DNA from: an uncultured Planctomycetota bacterium
GTDB taxonomy: Bacteria; Planctomycetota; Planctomycetia; Isosphaerales; Isosphaeraceae
Direction: 5' to 3'
DNA: 64,000 nt
NCBI GenBank assembly: GCA_963845755.1
Contig: CAWJTV010000032.1
Span: 50,159 to 114,158 of the forward strand
Below, piece after piece: positions 23,563 through 35,374 of the stretch (positions within the stretch are counted from its first letter, which is position 1; each line of letters begins with the position of its first letter). The position numbers and the translations under genes are program-made. The notes beneath the pieces were generated by a model. The model did no database searches. It was not told the origin of the DNA and saw nothing but the letters and a program-made list of their open reading frames with translations.

Positions 23563-23854
23563 TCTGGCGTGCTTCCACTGCCAGCGGTCGGCGGAGAAGT
23601 ACCTCAAGGCACTTCTCCAGGAATGGGGCCTGACACCACCACGGACCCATGATTTGGTGGCTCTGCTCGATCTGATTCTGCCACGCGATGCAACCCTGCG
23701 CCGCCTTCGTCGGTCGCTGAAGACACTTACTCAGTAGGCTGTCGATATTCGTTATCCTGAAGAAAGGGTTTTCAGAAGAGAAGCACACTCCGCCCTCCGC
23801 CATTCGGAGAAGGTCCGGCAGCAGATCCGCGCTCGGCTCGGATTGGCACCCTGA
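23471..23854 (+). pseudogene. HEPN domain protein interrupted by an in-frame TAG at 23735-23737
   Basis: W..KAEDDL..A...CFHCQRSAEKYLKA...THDL; the frame resumes after TAG as AVDIRYP...RARLGLAP*. Confidence 0.8.
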
Positions 23855-23881
23855 CTGAACCTCAGAATGGGTGGGGTTGAC

Positions 23882-24379
23882 TCATCGCCGTCTCTGATAG
23901 ATCCGGTACCGGGCACCGGGATTGTGCACATCGCTCGGCCAGGACTCCTCGTGAACGATCTCCCAATCCGAAGAGTCCAGCATCTTGATGGGGAAGAACG
24001 TGTCTCCGTCGAACTCGCCTTCCACGATGGTGAGATAGATCTTCTTGCACTGGGGCATGAGTGCCTCGAAGACCTCGCTTCCTCCGATGACGAAGGCTTC
24101 TTCCGCGCCTTGCGATTCGGCCAGGGCGAGCGCCTCGTCCGGGGTGCGGGCAATCAGGCAGCCGCTTGCACGATAATCGGGCTGCCGGGTCAGGACGATG
24201 TTGGTTCGTCCCGGTAATGTCCGGCCCAGGGACTCATGGGTCTTTCGGCCCATGATGATCGGCTTGCCCCAGGTGACGGCGCGGAATCGCTTCAGGTCCG
24301 CGGGGAGCACCCAGGGGAGTTTCCCCTCGCGACCGATGACGCCATCCTTGCCGACGGCCGCAATCACCGAGACGATCAC
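23882..24379 (-). CDS. folA: Dihydrofolate reductase
   Basis: VIG.EGKLPW.LPADLKRF...IIMGRKT.ES...LPGRTNIVLT...IGGSEV...DGDTFFP. Confidence 0.95.
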   Translation of the reverse strand: MIVSVIAAVGKDGVIGREGKLPWVLPADLKRFRAVTWGKPIIMGRKTHESLGRTLPGRTNIVLTRQPDYRASGCLIARTPDEALALAESQGAEEAFVIGGSEVFEALMPQCKKIYLTIVEGEFDGDTFFPIKMLDSSDWEIVHEESWPSDVHNPGARYRIYQRRR

Positions 24380-24569
24380 GACGCAGCCCCCCGGAGCGGC
24401 TCACGAATGCGTTGTATAGAGTACAATATTAGTGTAAACATTAATATATCTTATTTCTAATATTGGCTATGATGGATTGAGGGTTCGGTTGTCACACCTG
24501 TTCTTCCAACTGTTATCAGGTGCACGGCCCTCGACCGCCCCGATGCGCGCACCTCGATCGTGGGGCGCC

Positions 24570-25404
24570 CTAGACAGCCACTTCGCCGCGCAACGGCGGG
24601 TGCGATTGGTACCCGATCAACTGGATCTGCTCTCGCTCGATCGTAGCCAGGTCCTCGATGCGGGGGTCGAGCTCGAGCCTCGGCAGGTCCAGAGGTTCCC
24701 GCCCGAGCTGCTCGTCAACCTGCTCGAGATGGTTCGAGTAGATATGCGCATCGCCGAATGTGTGGACGAACTCCCCGACGCCGAGATGGGTCACGTGTGC
24801 CACCAGGTGAGTCAACAGCGCGTAGCTCGCGATGTTGAACGGCACGCCCAGGAAGAGATCGGCCGAGCGCTGGTAGAGCTGGCAAGACAGTTTTCCCGCC
24901 GTCACGCTGAACTGGAAGAGCGTATGGCAGGGCGGAAAGCGCCATCTCGGCGATCTCGGCCGGATTCCAGGCGGAGACGATCAGGCGACGCCCGACGGAT
25001 GCGGTCGGGTCGTCGACGAGAGTCCGGATCCCGTGGAGCACGTACGCGATCTGATCGATGATTCGCCCATCCGGCGCGGCCCAGGAACGCCACTGCTTGC
25101 CGTAAACCGGCCCGAGTTCCCCGTCCGGGTCCGCCCACTCGTCCCAGATGGTAACGCCGTGCTCCTTGAGGTAGCGGATGTTGGTCGATCCGCGGAGGAA
25201 CCAGATCAGCTCGTGGACGATCGCGTTGAAGCCCACGCGCTTGGTCGTGACGAGGGGGAACCCCTCATTCAAATCGAAGCGGATTTGCCGTCCGAAGACG
25301 CTGAGCGCGTCGATCTTCTTCCCGGTCGAGCGGAGGACCGCCCTCGTCGGCTTCCGGTCCCCGTGGTCGCGAACGTCTCGCAGCAGTTCCAGGTACGGCC
25401 TCAT
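24570..25404 (-). CDS. thyA: Thymidylate synthase, with a +1 frameshift at the active site (probable sequencing error)
   Basis: [43 protein letters not shown]; removing one base at 24936-24938 restores [12 protein letters not shown]. Confidence 0.95.
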
Positions 25405-25499
25405 CCCATCCCCCTGGACGGCTGCGCCGGCGATTCGCCCGATCCCGCAGGGACTCGAACACCTTCGAGGCTGGTTCCACTCTACCATACGTTTGGCCC

Positions 25500-26472
25500 T
25501 CACTGTGACCACTCGGTCGGCGTCCGGTCCCAGCGATGGGCCTTGAGCTGTTCCATCAAGGAGGGAGCGAGAGGCTGGCCATCGCTGGCGGCGATGTTGG
25601 CCTCGACGTTCCGGACCTTCCGCATGCCCGGAATAATCGTGGAGACCGTCGGATCCGCCAGGATCCACCGCAGGGCCAGCTCGGGCATCGACATTCCGGG
25701 CGGCACGAGCGGCCGGAGCGCTTCCGCCCGGTCGACGCTCGGCACCAGGTTCTCCGGGACGAAATAGCTATCTGCGCCAGTCTCCCTCGGGCCAGCGAGT
25801 CTCCTTGGTCAACGTGCCGGTCAGGGTCCCTTCGTCGAAGGGTACGCGCGCGATCACGCCGAGGTTCAGCTCGCGACAGAGCGGGAACAGTTCGTCCTGG
25901 GGCGCCTGGTCGAAGATGTTGTAGATGACCTGGACCGCGTCGATCAGGCCGGTCCGCAGGGTGTCGAGGCCGTTGGCCGGCTCCCAGCGATTCACGCTGA
26001 TTCCCACGGCGCGGACCAGTGCCTGCCGCTTCAGGTCGTCCATCGCGCGCTGCCAGCGCTCATCATGAGCCCAGGCGTCTTCCCAGACGTGGAACTGGAG
26101 GAGATCGATCCGCGTCAATTCCAGGTTCCGCAGGCTCTTCTCGGCATATTCCCGGATATAGTCGGGGGGGAAGCAGTCGTCGAGGTGGAACCCGCGTCGC
26201 GAAGGCCAGGTCCGGTTCCTGGGCGGCACCTTGGTCGCGACGAAGAGCTGCTTCTCCGGATGGTTGCGAACCAGGCTGCCAAGAAGTCGTTCGCTGCGCC
26301 CATCGCCATAGGCCCACGCCGTGTCGAAGAAGTTGCAGCCGAGCTGGACGGCCCGATCGAGCGCGGCCGAGATCTCCGCGTCGTCCGAACCGCTCCAGCC
26401 CCCCATACCCCACATCCCATAGCCGATCTCGCTGACCGACCAACCGGTCCGGCCGAATGTACGATACCGCAT
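25500..26472 (-). CDS. Aldo/keto reductase, frameshift near 25770
   Basis: [29 protein letters not shown]...IDLLQFH, QVIYNIF, ALRWIL...IIPG. Confidence 0.9.
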
Positions 26473-26485
26473 GATCCGTTGTCCT

Positions 26486-29400
26486 TTATTTCGACTTCGG
26501 TTCGATCAAGGTCTCGGCCTCGTGGTGAAGAGACTCCCAGCTCACCCACTCTCCCGAGAAGTCGGAACCGCCGGCATCGCGCTGCCGCGCCCGATACCGG
26601 CCGGCTCGTGCTTTCGAGCGAGCGAGTTCCTGACGTGCCTCCGAAGCGTGGCCGAGTCGGAATTGAGTCATCGCCCGGAGTGGCTCATACCACAACGGTG
26701 CCTCATGCTCGTGCGGCCGCAGTCGCTCCAGCGTCGCGAATGCGGATTCCCATTTCGCGGCCCGATATTGAGCCAGGGCCATCGCGGCCGGGTCGGCAGC
26801 GATCTGGAGCGATTCGGCCGGCAGGGCTCGATCCATCAGCTCCAGGAGTCGGTCCGCCTGCGACGGAGGCGCCTGGACGAGTCCGACGACTGCGGAGGTG
26901 GACCGCGCCAGCCCCCAGTAGGGTTCCTGTTCCAAAGATTCGAGCATCCGCGAGCACAGGCTTCGATAGCGTTGGAGATCGTTCCGCAGCAGGAGGAGAC
27001 GCGCGAAGGAGAGCCAGGCGCCGCCTTCATCCGGTTCGCCACTGGCCAGCCATCGCGCGTAATCCCGGTCGGCTAGATCATACTGCCCGAGCCGAAGGTA
27101 AAGCGATGCGCGGCGTTTGAGCGAGCCGAAGTCCGGAGGTTCCCCCTCGCGAACCCGGGCCATGTGGAACGCCACGGCCGTCTTTTGACCGTGAGAGAGG
27201 GCCTGCTCGGCCATGGCCAGATGCCAGCCGAAGACCCGAGATTCGGCGGCATCCCGGCGCGCGTCCGTTGACATCGGTTGTTCCGACCCATTCCAGACGC
27301 TGATGCTCCCGTCCCAGTTCGTGCTGGCGAGCCGACTCCCATCGGGGCTCCAGGCGATCAACGGGTTGAACCCGCCGTCGAGCGTGCGATGCGGAGCGCC
27401 TCGGAGGAGGAGCACCTCGCGGCCTTCGGCGACGTCCCGGATCTCGACGCCCGTCCGGCTCACTCCCGCCAGGATCCGCCCATCGGGGCTGAACGCGAGG
27501 CGGTATAGCAGATCGTCCCACTCGTTCGTCCGATGACTCGCCCCGGTCCGGGTGTCCCAGATCCAGACCTCGCCGACCTTGTCGGCGGCGCGCGTCTCCT
27601 GGGATTCGCTCGCCGCCAGGCGCCGCCCATCCTCGCTGAAGGCGAGGCCGTAGACGACCCCCGAATTGGATAGGGGCAGCCGTGACACTTCGCGTCCACC
27701 TGGGACTTCGCAGACCCGGACGAAGACGCGTGGCGTTCCCAGCGGCTCGTTGGTCTTGGGATCGATGGCGGCATCCTCGTAATCGTCGAACGCGACGCGT
27801 TGTCCTGGCGCGTCCAGGGCCACGTGTCCGTGGGTGTAGGGCGTCGCCGCGAGGCTCGCGGGTATCGAGGCCAGGGCTTGCCCCGTGCCGGCATCCCAGA
27901 CGACCACCTCGCGCCGATCCCGGGATCGTTCTCCCCCGGTTGCGGCGATCCGGCTGCCGTCGTGGTTGACGGCCAGGGCCGTGGCGTCCACGGAGAGCCC
28001 CTTGAACGTGAGGAGGTGGCGGCCGCTTTCCGCGTCCCAGAGCTGGATCATCCGCCGATCGTCGGCGATGGTGGCCAGTCGTCGGCCATCGCCCGAGAAT
28101 TCCGCCAGCACTGCGGGGGTCAGCCACTTCTGGGTGACCTCCACGTGCCTCCCGACCGCGGTCCGGCCGCTCGCGGTCTCGCGATGCTTGAGACGTCCTT
28201 CGGCTCCGACCAGTTTGAGGGAGCGGCCATCCGCGTCCAACTTCATGGCGGCGAGGTATTCCTCGGGGAGCGAGAGATGGTCCTGGTCGCGGGTGAGATC
28301 CCAGAGCTTGAGTTCGGCGGAGAGCTGGCCGCCCGAGAGGAGCGACCAGCCTGCTGGATGATAGGCAACGCACCCGACCAGGGCGCGGTGTCCGCGCAAG
28401 ATGGCTCGTTCCGCGCCGGTTTGCACATCCCAGAGCCGGATGGTCGAGTCGACGCCGGCCGTCGCGATCTCGCGGCCGTCCGGGCTGAAGGCGACGCCCG
28501 GTACGCTCCCGTCGTGGCCGCTGAGCGGGAAGAGGGCGACGCCCGTATTCGTATCCCAGGCGCGGGGTGGATTGGTCGCGACGACCACGAGCCGCCCGTC
28601 CGGGCTGAACGCCAGCGCGGGCCCCTCGTCGCCGAACATCCGTCGGGAGCGATCTTCGGGTTCACTCGGGCCGTGCGGCAATCGTCGGACCTCGTGGCCG
28701 GATTCCCGATCGCGCAACTCGACGGCGTCCGGGCCGCTGATGGCCACCATCACGCCTCCCGGGTGGAATGTCACCCGTCCGCTGCATGAGGGGAAGTCGC
28801 GGATCCGGGCGCCGGTCGACGGATCCCAGAAGACCACGCGATCCTTCGCGCAGGAAGCCAGCGTCTTCCCATCCGGGCTGAATGTGAAGGTCCCGCTACG
28901 TTCCCAGGAGTGGAGCGCGTTTCCGGTCGTCGTGTCCCAAAGCTGGGCCCCATCGGGACCGCTCGTGACCAGGAGCCGGCCGTCGGGGCTGAAGGCGAGT
29001 CGGATGGTCGGTCCGGATCCGGCAAAGGACCCAAGCCGTCGTCGCGTGGCCGTGTCCCAGACCTCGACGGGATTCGGTTCGCCGGCCGGTGTCGAACCGA
29101 AAGGATTGAAGCCGGCAAGAGCAAACCGTTTCCCGTCGGGTGAAAAGGCGACCGTATTGATATAAGTCGCGGAGGGGAGATCGAAGGAAAAGAGCTCGGA
29201 GTGGTCGAGGTTATTCAGGTAATGCCATTCCCAGCCGCGGCGCGACGGCTCGCAACGATCCAGGAGCCGGCGGGCATTGGAGGCGTTGTTGAGACGCCAC
29301 TCCAGTCGTGCCTGAGAAAAACGGCTATCGTACAGGTTCTGGAGTGCCTGGGCCCGCTCCCGGGCCTCGTCGCGGGCTTTTCCCTCGGCCCGCCGCCACT

Positions 29401-30827
29401 GGCTGGCGACGCCGAGGAAGCCCGCGACCACGGCGAGCACCAGTCCCGACGCCAGGGCGGCCTTCACCGGCTCGCGCCGGCACCAGCGCCAGAGCCACTC
29501 CGCGCGGCTGATCCGCCGCGCCAGGATCGGCCGATTCTCGAGGAACCGGCGGAAGTCGTCGGCCAGCTCCAGGGCCGAGGCGTACCGCTTGCGCGGGTCC
29601 TTCTCCAGGCATTTCAGACAGATGGTCTCGATCTCGCGGGGCAAGTGCCGCTGGAGTCGGCCGGGCGGGAGCACCTCCTGGCCGGCAAGCTGTCCCAGCG
29701 TGGACAGCGGCGTGGCCCCTTTGAACGGCGGACGCCCGGTGAGCATCTCGTAGAGGATCGCCCCGAGGGAGTAGATGTCGGTGGCGGCCGTGACGTCGCC
29801 GGGCGTGCCGCGGGCCTGCTCCGGCGCCATGTAGCTGGGCGTTCCCATGATGTCGCCGGTCCGCGTAATGCCGGCCTCGCGCTCCATCAACTTCGCCAGG
29901 CCGAAGTCGGTCACCTTGGGGATGCCGTCCTCGGTCAGGACGACGTTCGCCGGCTTCAGGTCGCGGTGGATGATGCCATGTTGGTGCGCGTAGTGGAGGG
30001 CGCGGGCCAGGTACTCGATGATCCGCGCGGCCTCGCTCGGCGCCTGGGGCGTACCCCCGAGCTTCTGTTGCAGGCTGCCGCCGGGGGCGTATTCCAGGAC
30101 CAGGTAACCCTGCCCTTCGGACTCGCCGACCTCATAGACCTGGATGATGTGGGGATGGAGGAACCGCGCGGCGGCCTCGGCCTCGTCGCGGAAGCGGGCC
30201 GCGATCTCGGGATCGGCGTAGACCCGGGCCCGGATCACCTTCAGCGCCACCAGGCGATTCAGGCCGACCTGGCGCCGCCAGGTACACCACGCTCATCCCG
30301 CCCTTGCCGAGGATGCCCAGGATCTCGTAGCCGGGCACCACCGGCACGACGGGCCCGTCGTCGGAATCGGCCCCGATGCCCGAGCGCTCACCGCTGGGCT
30401 TCATCTCGGTCCGGGGCGATGCCTCGCTGAGGGCGCGATGGAGGCCCAGTTGCCGCCGCAGCCGCTCCGCGAAGCCGGGGAATCGCCAGAAGAACTCCTC
30501 GAGCTTCGGCGACTCACCGAGCGACTCGCGGATCAGATACTCGCCATAGATCAGCTCGAAGGCGGCCTCCCCATGGCCGTGGAGTGTCGGGTGGAGCGAC
30601 AGATACGCCTCAGCCGGGATCCGCTCGCCGGATCGCCAGCGATGAACCTGGTCCGAGCACAGCAACTCGATCAGCTCCGTCTCGTCGATCGGACCGGAAT
30701 GAGCCAGTTGTTCCCGCGGGTCGGGGTGGTCGCGGCGGCTTCCGTCGGATCCGGAGCCTGTCCGCTCCGCCTCCTCCCTTTCCTCGATCTCGACCGTGGG
30801 GCTGATGCCATCGATGGGTTCGTTCAT
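26486..30827 (-). CDS. Ser/Thr protein kinase with WD40 repeats and helical C-terminus, frameshift near 30270
   Basis: [30 protein letters not shown]; many AFSPDG...WD repeats. Confidence 0.92.
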
Positions 30828-30930
30828 CAGGGAATCTTCGGTCGTGGGTTGGGTGTCGTGGCGTTGGGCGGGCGCATTCTTGGTGGTGAGAGTCCGGAGA
30901 GGCCCCGCGCGACGCGTGGCCTCTGTGAGA

Positions 30931-31537
30931 TCAATCGAAGGCAGGACCCAGGCCCAGGTCTTCCTCGACGCGAGCGACCGCCCGGGCCAGTTGCTTGCGG
31001 CGGGCGTCGGCTGTGCCGCCCAGCTCGGTGGCGACCGCGGCCCAGTCGTGTCCCTTCGCCCGCAGGTCGGCGATCATCCGCTCCTCGTCGCTGAGCCGCT
31101 CGCGGAACTTCTGGAGCAGCTCACGGCCCGAGGCGAGGCGGCTGGGCGTCTGCTCCGTGGCGGCCGCGGTCCCGGTCATTTCCAGGTCGAGATCACCGAC
31201 CCGTCGCACGTCGCGCCGCTGCCGCTGATGGTGACGCGCCTGCTCGGCCACTTTCTTGCGCCATGCCCACGAGCAGGCGGATCAACTGCGGCGGCTCGTC
31301 CAGGTCGAAATCGCCGACGGCCGCCCGGGCGAAGAAACTGGCCAGCACCGATTGGCAGATGTCCATCGAATCGAAGACCCGGCGCAGGGCGGGGTTGCGC
31401 AATCGGAGCCATCCCCGGACTTCCAGGCGGATCTCGGCCTCGTAGCGACGGACCAATTCCTCGGCCGCCCGCTCGTCCCCTTGACGAATTCGGCGGATGA
31501 ATTCCGAATACTCATCCTTCAGCGTCGATTCATTCAT
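30931..31537 (-). CDS. ECF-type sigma factor upstream of the kinase, frameshift near 31255
   Basis: GDERAAEELVRRYE...DSMDICQSVLASFF; C-terminal TPSRL...W..VA.ELGGT.DA.RKQL.RA. Confidence 0.8.
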
Positions 31538-33549
31538 AACAGTCCCCATTCCTCACACGGATTATAAACCGGTAGAGCTCGCGAAAACAGGGGCTCACTT
31601 TGTTCGACGGGCGGCGGGTGGCACGTCACAAGGGAAGACCGGAGCCCGAACGGGTGGACCTGCTCACATTCCGGCCCCTTCTCCCTGGCTCGTCGCCACT
31701 TGCCTTGTTCTTTGACACTCTCGGTGAAGACCACCGTCGTCAGACCGTGGTTTCGAACGGCCGCTGGCTCCAGTTCCCCCGGCCTGATTACGACTGTCAC
31801 TGTGTCTTGCGGATCCGGCCTCGAATCGTGCCGTGGGTTGGGTTCGTTTTGGGTGTTTCCGTGCCCCCGGGCCACGGCACCGGCTCCGGCGAGGACAGCA
31901 AGCACCAGCGCCAGGGCCACGATCGCGATGGGGAGCGCCGCCGGTTGGAAAGGAGCGATGTCCGCAGCGAGCGGCGCCGCGGGATCGTGGGGCGGACTCT
32001 CGCAGTCGACCGGCGCGTCTGTGAGGATGGGGTCCGTCGATCCCTTCGTGCTTCCGCCTGAAGGCTGAGACTCTGTTCCCGAAGGGTCAGGTTCGGGCGA
32101 GCGGGGGGCGTCAGCCCCCTGTCCGGTGGGCGACGGCCCTCGAAGACAGGGGGCTGACGCCCCCCGCTCGCCCTTCCGGAACAGACTCTGACATCCAGCA
32201 GGCTGGTCGAAATCCGCGGTGGGAGTTCCGGCTTCAGCCGGTCCGTCAAACCGTTCTTGAGAGACCGCCTGAAGGCTGACATCCAGCCCGGAACCGACGG
32301 GATCCCCGGTGGGAGTTCCGGCTTCAGCCGGTTTGATGATTCCGGGGCGCAATTCGTCGCCATGCTCCCTGGGCTCGCGTTGAGGACTCCTGAAGTCAAC
32401 ATTTGGGTCGCTGGGTTCGTTTTGCGAATCCTCGCGATCGGCCGTCGGCGTCACGGGATCGGGATCCGTCGGCGTCTCCGTGGACTCGGCCGGCTCCGCG
32501 GTGGAGGGTTTTCCGCAATCCGTCGCCACGCCGGATCGGCGGACTTTGAGGATGGTCTCGACACTCCGGAACAAGCTCCGGCCGCATGAGAACTGGTAGC
32601 GGCGCAGGCGCTCCCCTTCCGCACTGTCGTCGAAGGACAGCCGGGCCGCCGGATCGTCGGCCTCGGCGCGGCGGCGATGCCCCTCGGCGATCGCCACCAG
32701 CCGCGCGATTTCCCGTTCGGCGATCTCCCGGAACGCGGCCATCGTCTCGGCTTCCCCCGCCGGCAACCGCCCGTCCAACTGCCGCAGCAACCAACGATCC
32801 CAGCGGTCGCGCGGCGTCAACTCGAGGTCGTCCGGGAGCGTGATGTGTGCACACCACTGGAAAGGATCCACGACGTCGTGGCATGACGTCGAGTCGAGCG
32901 GCCGTTTTCCCAGCAGGCGGACGGCATTGACCTGCTGGCCGTGCTCCCAGAGGTGGCCCGCCTCGAGGAGGGCGCGGAGCTCATTCCAGCGGTCGAGCAG
33001 CCATCGGCAGCCGGCGGCGGTGGATTCGAGCCGGAAGACGATGGCCTGAGGATGATCGAGGAGGTCCAGGTGGCCGGGGCCCTTGGCGGTCGCCGGGGCG
33101 GTGCCCAGGACGTTGAGGACGTTGTCCTGGAGGCCGGCTTCGGCGTCCTTGCCGCGGCCGTTGAAGAGCCACAAGCCCAGGGCGACGGCCTCTTCGTGCT
33201 CCCGCCGGGCCTCGGCGATGGGGACGGACTCGATCAGGTGGGACAGCCGCGCCAGCTCGGCCCGCCGGGCCCGCTCCAGCATCCAGGAGGAGTGGACGGC
33301 CTCTTCCAGGAGGATCTGCTCGACTTCGTTCTGGGGCTGGAGCTGGTCGGTCAAGGTTTCGAAGCGGATTCGCAGCTTCTGAGGGTCCTCGCCGGGGAGG
33401 ACGAGGGTCTGGGCGGTCATGCCGTGTTTGACGGCGTTGAACTTCGACCGGGCCTTTCCTTCCGGCGACCGCGGCCCGGTGCTCTTCTGAGCGTTGCGGC
33501 GGTTGATCTCGGCCCGGCTGGGCCTGGTCGCAGTGGCCGTCGTGGTCAT
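31534..33549 (-). CDS. Hypothetical protein (NAQKSTGPRSPEGK family) whose C-terminal part contains in-frame REP/MITE sequence
   Basis: 671-aa open frame; N-terminal NRRNAQKSTGPRSPEGKARSKFNAVKHG; QNEP motifs. Confidence 0.65.
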   Translation of the reverse strand: MTTTATATRPSRAEINRRNAQKSTGPRSPEGKARSKFNAVKHGMTAQTLVLPGEDPQKLRIRFETLTDQLQPQNEVEQILLEEAVHSSWMLERARRAELARLSHLIESVPIAEARREHEEAVALGLWLFNGRGKDAEAGLQDNVLNVLGTAPATAKGPGHLDLLDHPQAIVFRLESTAAGCRWLLDRWNELRALLEAGHLWEHGQQVNAVRLLGKRPLDSTSCHDVVDPFQWCAHITLPDDLELTPRDRWDRWLLRQLDGRLPAGEAETMAAFREIAEREIARLVAIAEGHRRRAEADDPAARLSFDDSAEGERLRRYQFSCGRSLFRSVETILKVRRSGVATDCGKPSTAEPAESTETPTDPDPVTPTADREDSQNEPSDPNVDFRSPQREPREHGDELRPGIIKPAEAGTPTGDPVGSGLDVSLQAVSQERFDGPAEAGTPTADFDQPAGCQSLFRKGERGASAPCLRGPSPTGQGADAPRSPEPDPSGTESQPSGGSTKGSTDPILTDAPVDCESPPHDPAAPLAADIAPFQPAALPIAIVALALVLAVLAGAGAVARGHGNTQNEPNPRHDSRPDPQDTVTVVIRPGELEPAAVRNHGLTTVVFTESVKEQGKWRRAREKGPECEQVHPFGLRSSLVTCHPPPVEQSEPLFSRALPVYNPCEEWGLL
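32054..32331. repeat. BIME-like cluster of four REP-like units in alternating orientation
   Basis: ccgcctgaaggctgacatccagc at 32054 (interrupted) and 32265; ggtgggagttccggcttcagccgg at 32218 and 32308. Confidence 0.8.
32069..32188. mobile_element. 120-bp MITE with TIRs and a 3-bp TGA target duplication
   Basis: Ends gactctgttcc...ggaacagactc; TGA on both sides; an empty-site copy exists at 32265-32287; internal hairpin gggcgagcggggggcgtcagccccctgtc...gacagggggctgacgccccccgctcgccc. Confidence 0.8.
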
Positions 33550-34200
33550 GATGTTCGGTCCCGGGTGCGGATGTCGCGATCGTGTTGGACTCGCTACGAA
33601 TCTCCGTGGCTCGATACGAAGTCACTTCTGCGTCGTACACCCAAATGATCCGCACATGCGCGGTTTTAGTTGCATAAATTTTCTTGCATATGACGGTTTT
33701 TCGGGAAAGGACGCGGGGATTGGGTGTGTAACCCTTGGGGAATTCGGCGGTTGCGTCGATGGCACTTTCGGCATTTGGAATCGTCCCAGGAGGCAGGGTT
33801 GACAACCGCTCGGGCTTTCATGCTTCGGGCCGGTTCCACCAGCCCACGCAAGCGAAGATTCCGCAAATCCTTGCGGCGGAATGGAAAACCCTCGCTAGCG
33901 CGCAGCGTGTGGGTGGAGAGTCGATCCCGGCTGTCCCCGCGGTGACACTTGGGACAGTCCTCGCATTTTCGGCGCTTCGAGCATTCGGCTAAGGAAGATT
34001 CGCCTCAAGGTCTAGCGAGCGAGTGAGTGCTGCTTTCTCGCCGGAATTCGATCGCTGGCGACTCGAACTGGCAAGTGCGGCCGGCTTCTCCGAGTGAACC
34101 TTTGATCCCCGATCCCGTTTCTGTTAAGGTACAAATCCGTTAGACCACGCAGGCGAAAGGAAGCCGCTCGGACCAACTGCGATCCCTCGGGGCCTCGGCG

Positions 34201-35360
34201 ATGATCTCCCCCGCCCTCATCAAACCGACGCACAAGGCGATCGTGGCCTACTACGAGAAGCTCCAGGGCTACGACTCCCACAACGTCACCCACGAGATGG
34301 CCCTGCGCTCGGCGTTCCAGCAGCTCCTGGAGGAGACCGGCAAGTCCCACAAATGGACGTTGATCCCCGAGCAGACGGTGAAAGTCGGCGGCAAGTCCGT
34401 CCGGCCCGACGGCACATTCCGCGACGAGTGGCACTTGCCCGTCGGTTACTGGGAGGCCAAGGACACCGCCGACGACCTCAACGCCGAGATCCGGGCCAAG
34501 ATCGCCAAGGGCTATCCCGCTGGTCAACACGATCTTCGAGGACACCCGCGAGGCGGTCCTGTTCCAGAACGGCAAGGAGGCGTTCCGCATCCCGCTGACC
34601 GAGCCGGCCAAGCTCGCCGATCTGCTCAATGCGTTCTACGCCCATTCCAAGCCCGACATCGAGAGCTTCAAGCAGGCCGTCGCGCATTTCCAGGAGCGGA
34701 TCCCCGACCTCGCCCGGGCGCTCAACGAGCGGATCGTCGAGGCCCACAAGTCGAATGCGAAGTTCAAGGCCGCCTTCGCCGACTTCTTCGAATTGTGTCG
34801 TCAGTCGCTCAACCCGAACCTCCGGCGCGAGGCGGTCGACGAGATGCTGGTCCAGCACCTGCTGACCGAACGGCTGTTTCGCACGGTGTTCGACAACCCC
34901 GATTTCACCAGGCGGAACGTCGATCGCCGCCGAGATCGAGCGCGTGATCGAGGCCCTGGCCAGCCAGAGCTTCAGCCGTGCCGAGTTCCTCCGCAAGCTC
35001 GACCATTTCTACAAGGCCATCGAGGACGCCGCCCGCGGCCTCGACGATTGGAGCGATAAGCAGCACTTCCTCAACACGGTCTACGAGCGGTTCTTCCAGG
35101 GCTATTCGGTCAAGGTCGCCGACACCCACGGCATCGTATACACGCCGCAGGAGATCGTCGACTTCATGTGCGCCAGCGTCGAGGAGGTCCTCAAGTCGGA
35201 GTTCGGCATCGGCCTCGGCGACTCCGGCGTCCACATCCTCGACCCCTGCACCGGCACGGGTAACTTCATCGTCAGGCTGATCCGCCGCTTCCCCAAGAAA
35301 GACCTGCCCCGCATGTACCGCGAGCAGCTCTTCGCCAACGAGGTCATGCTCCTGCCCTAA
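34201..35360 (+). pseudogene. 5' part of a type ISP/IIG-like restriction-modification (N-6 DNA methylase) gene, truncated
   Basis: RPDG...YWEAKD nuclease-like motif; HFLNTVYERFFQGYSVKVADTHGIVYTPQEIVDFM and ILDPCTGTGNF; stops at LFANEVMLLP*, with no NPPY region following. Confidence 0.85.
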
Positions 35361-35374
35361 CAGCGAGGCCAACA

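Noticed and set aside
23735..23737. Amber recoding (pyrrolysine or read-through) in the HEPN gene
   Set aside because: Other genes end normally at TAG and no pyl genes are seen; a Tyr-to-stop point change is simpler.
24930..24945. thyA, and many other genes, as pseudogenes or programmed frameshifts
   Set aside because: A single extra base in a short homopolymer breaks the PCH active site, and similar indels occur throughout the window. This fits long-read error.
33560..34200. Possible ncRNA or riboswitch in the long intergenic region
   Set aside because: No recognisable conserved motif by eye; an Rfam/Infernal scan would be needed.
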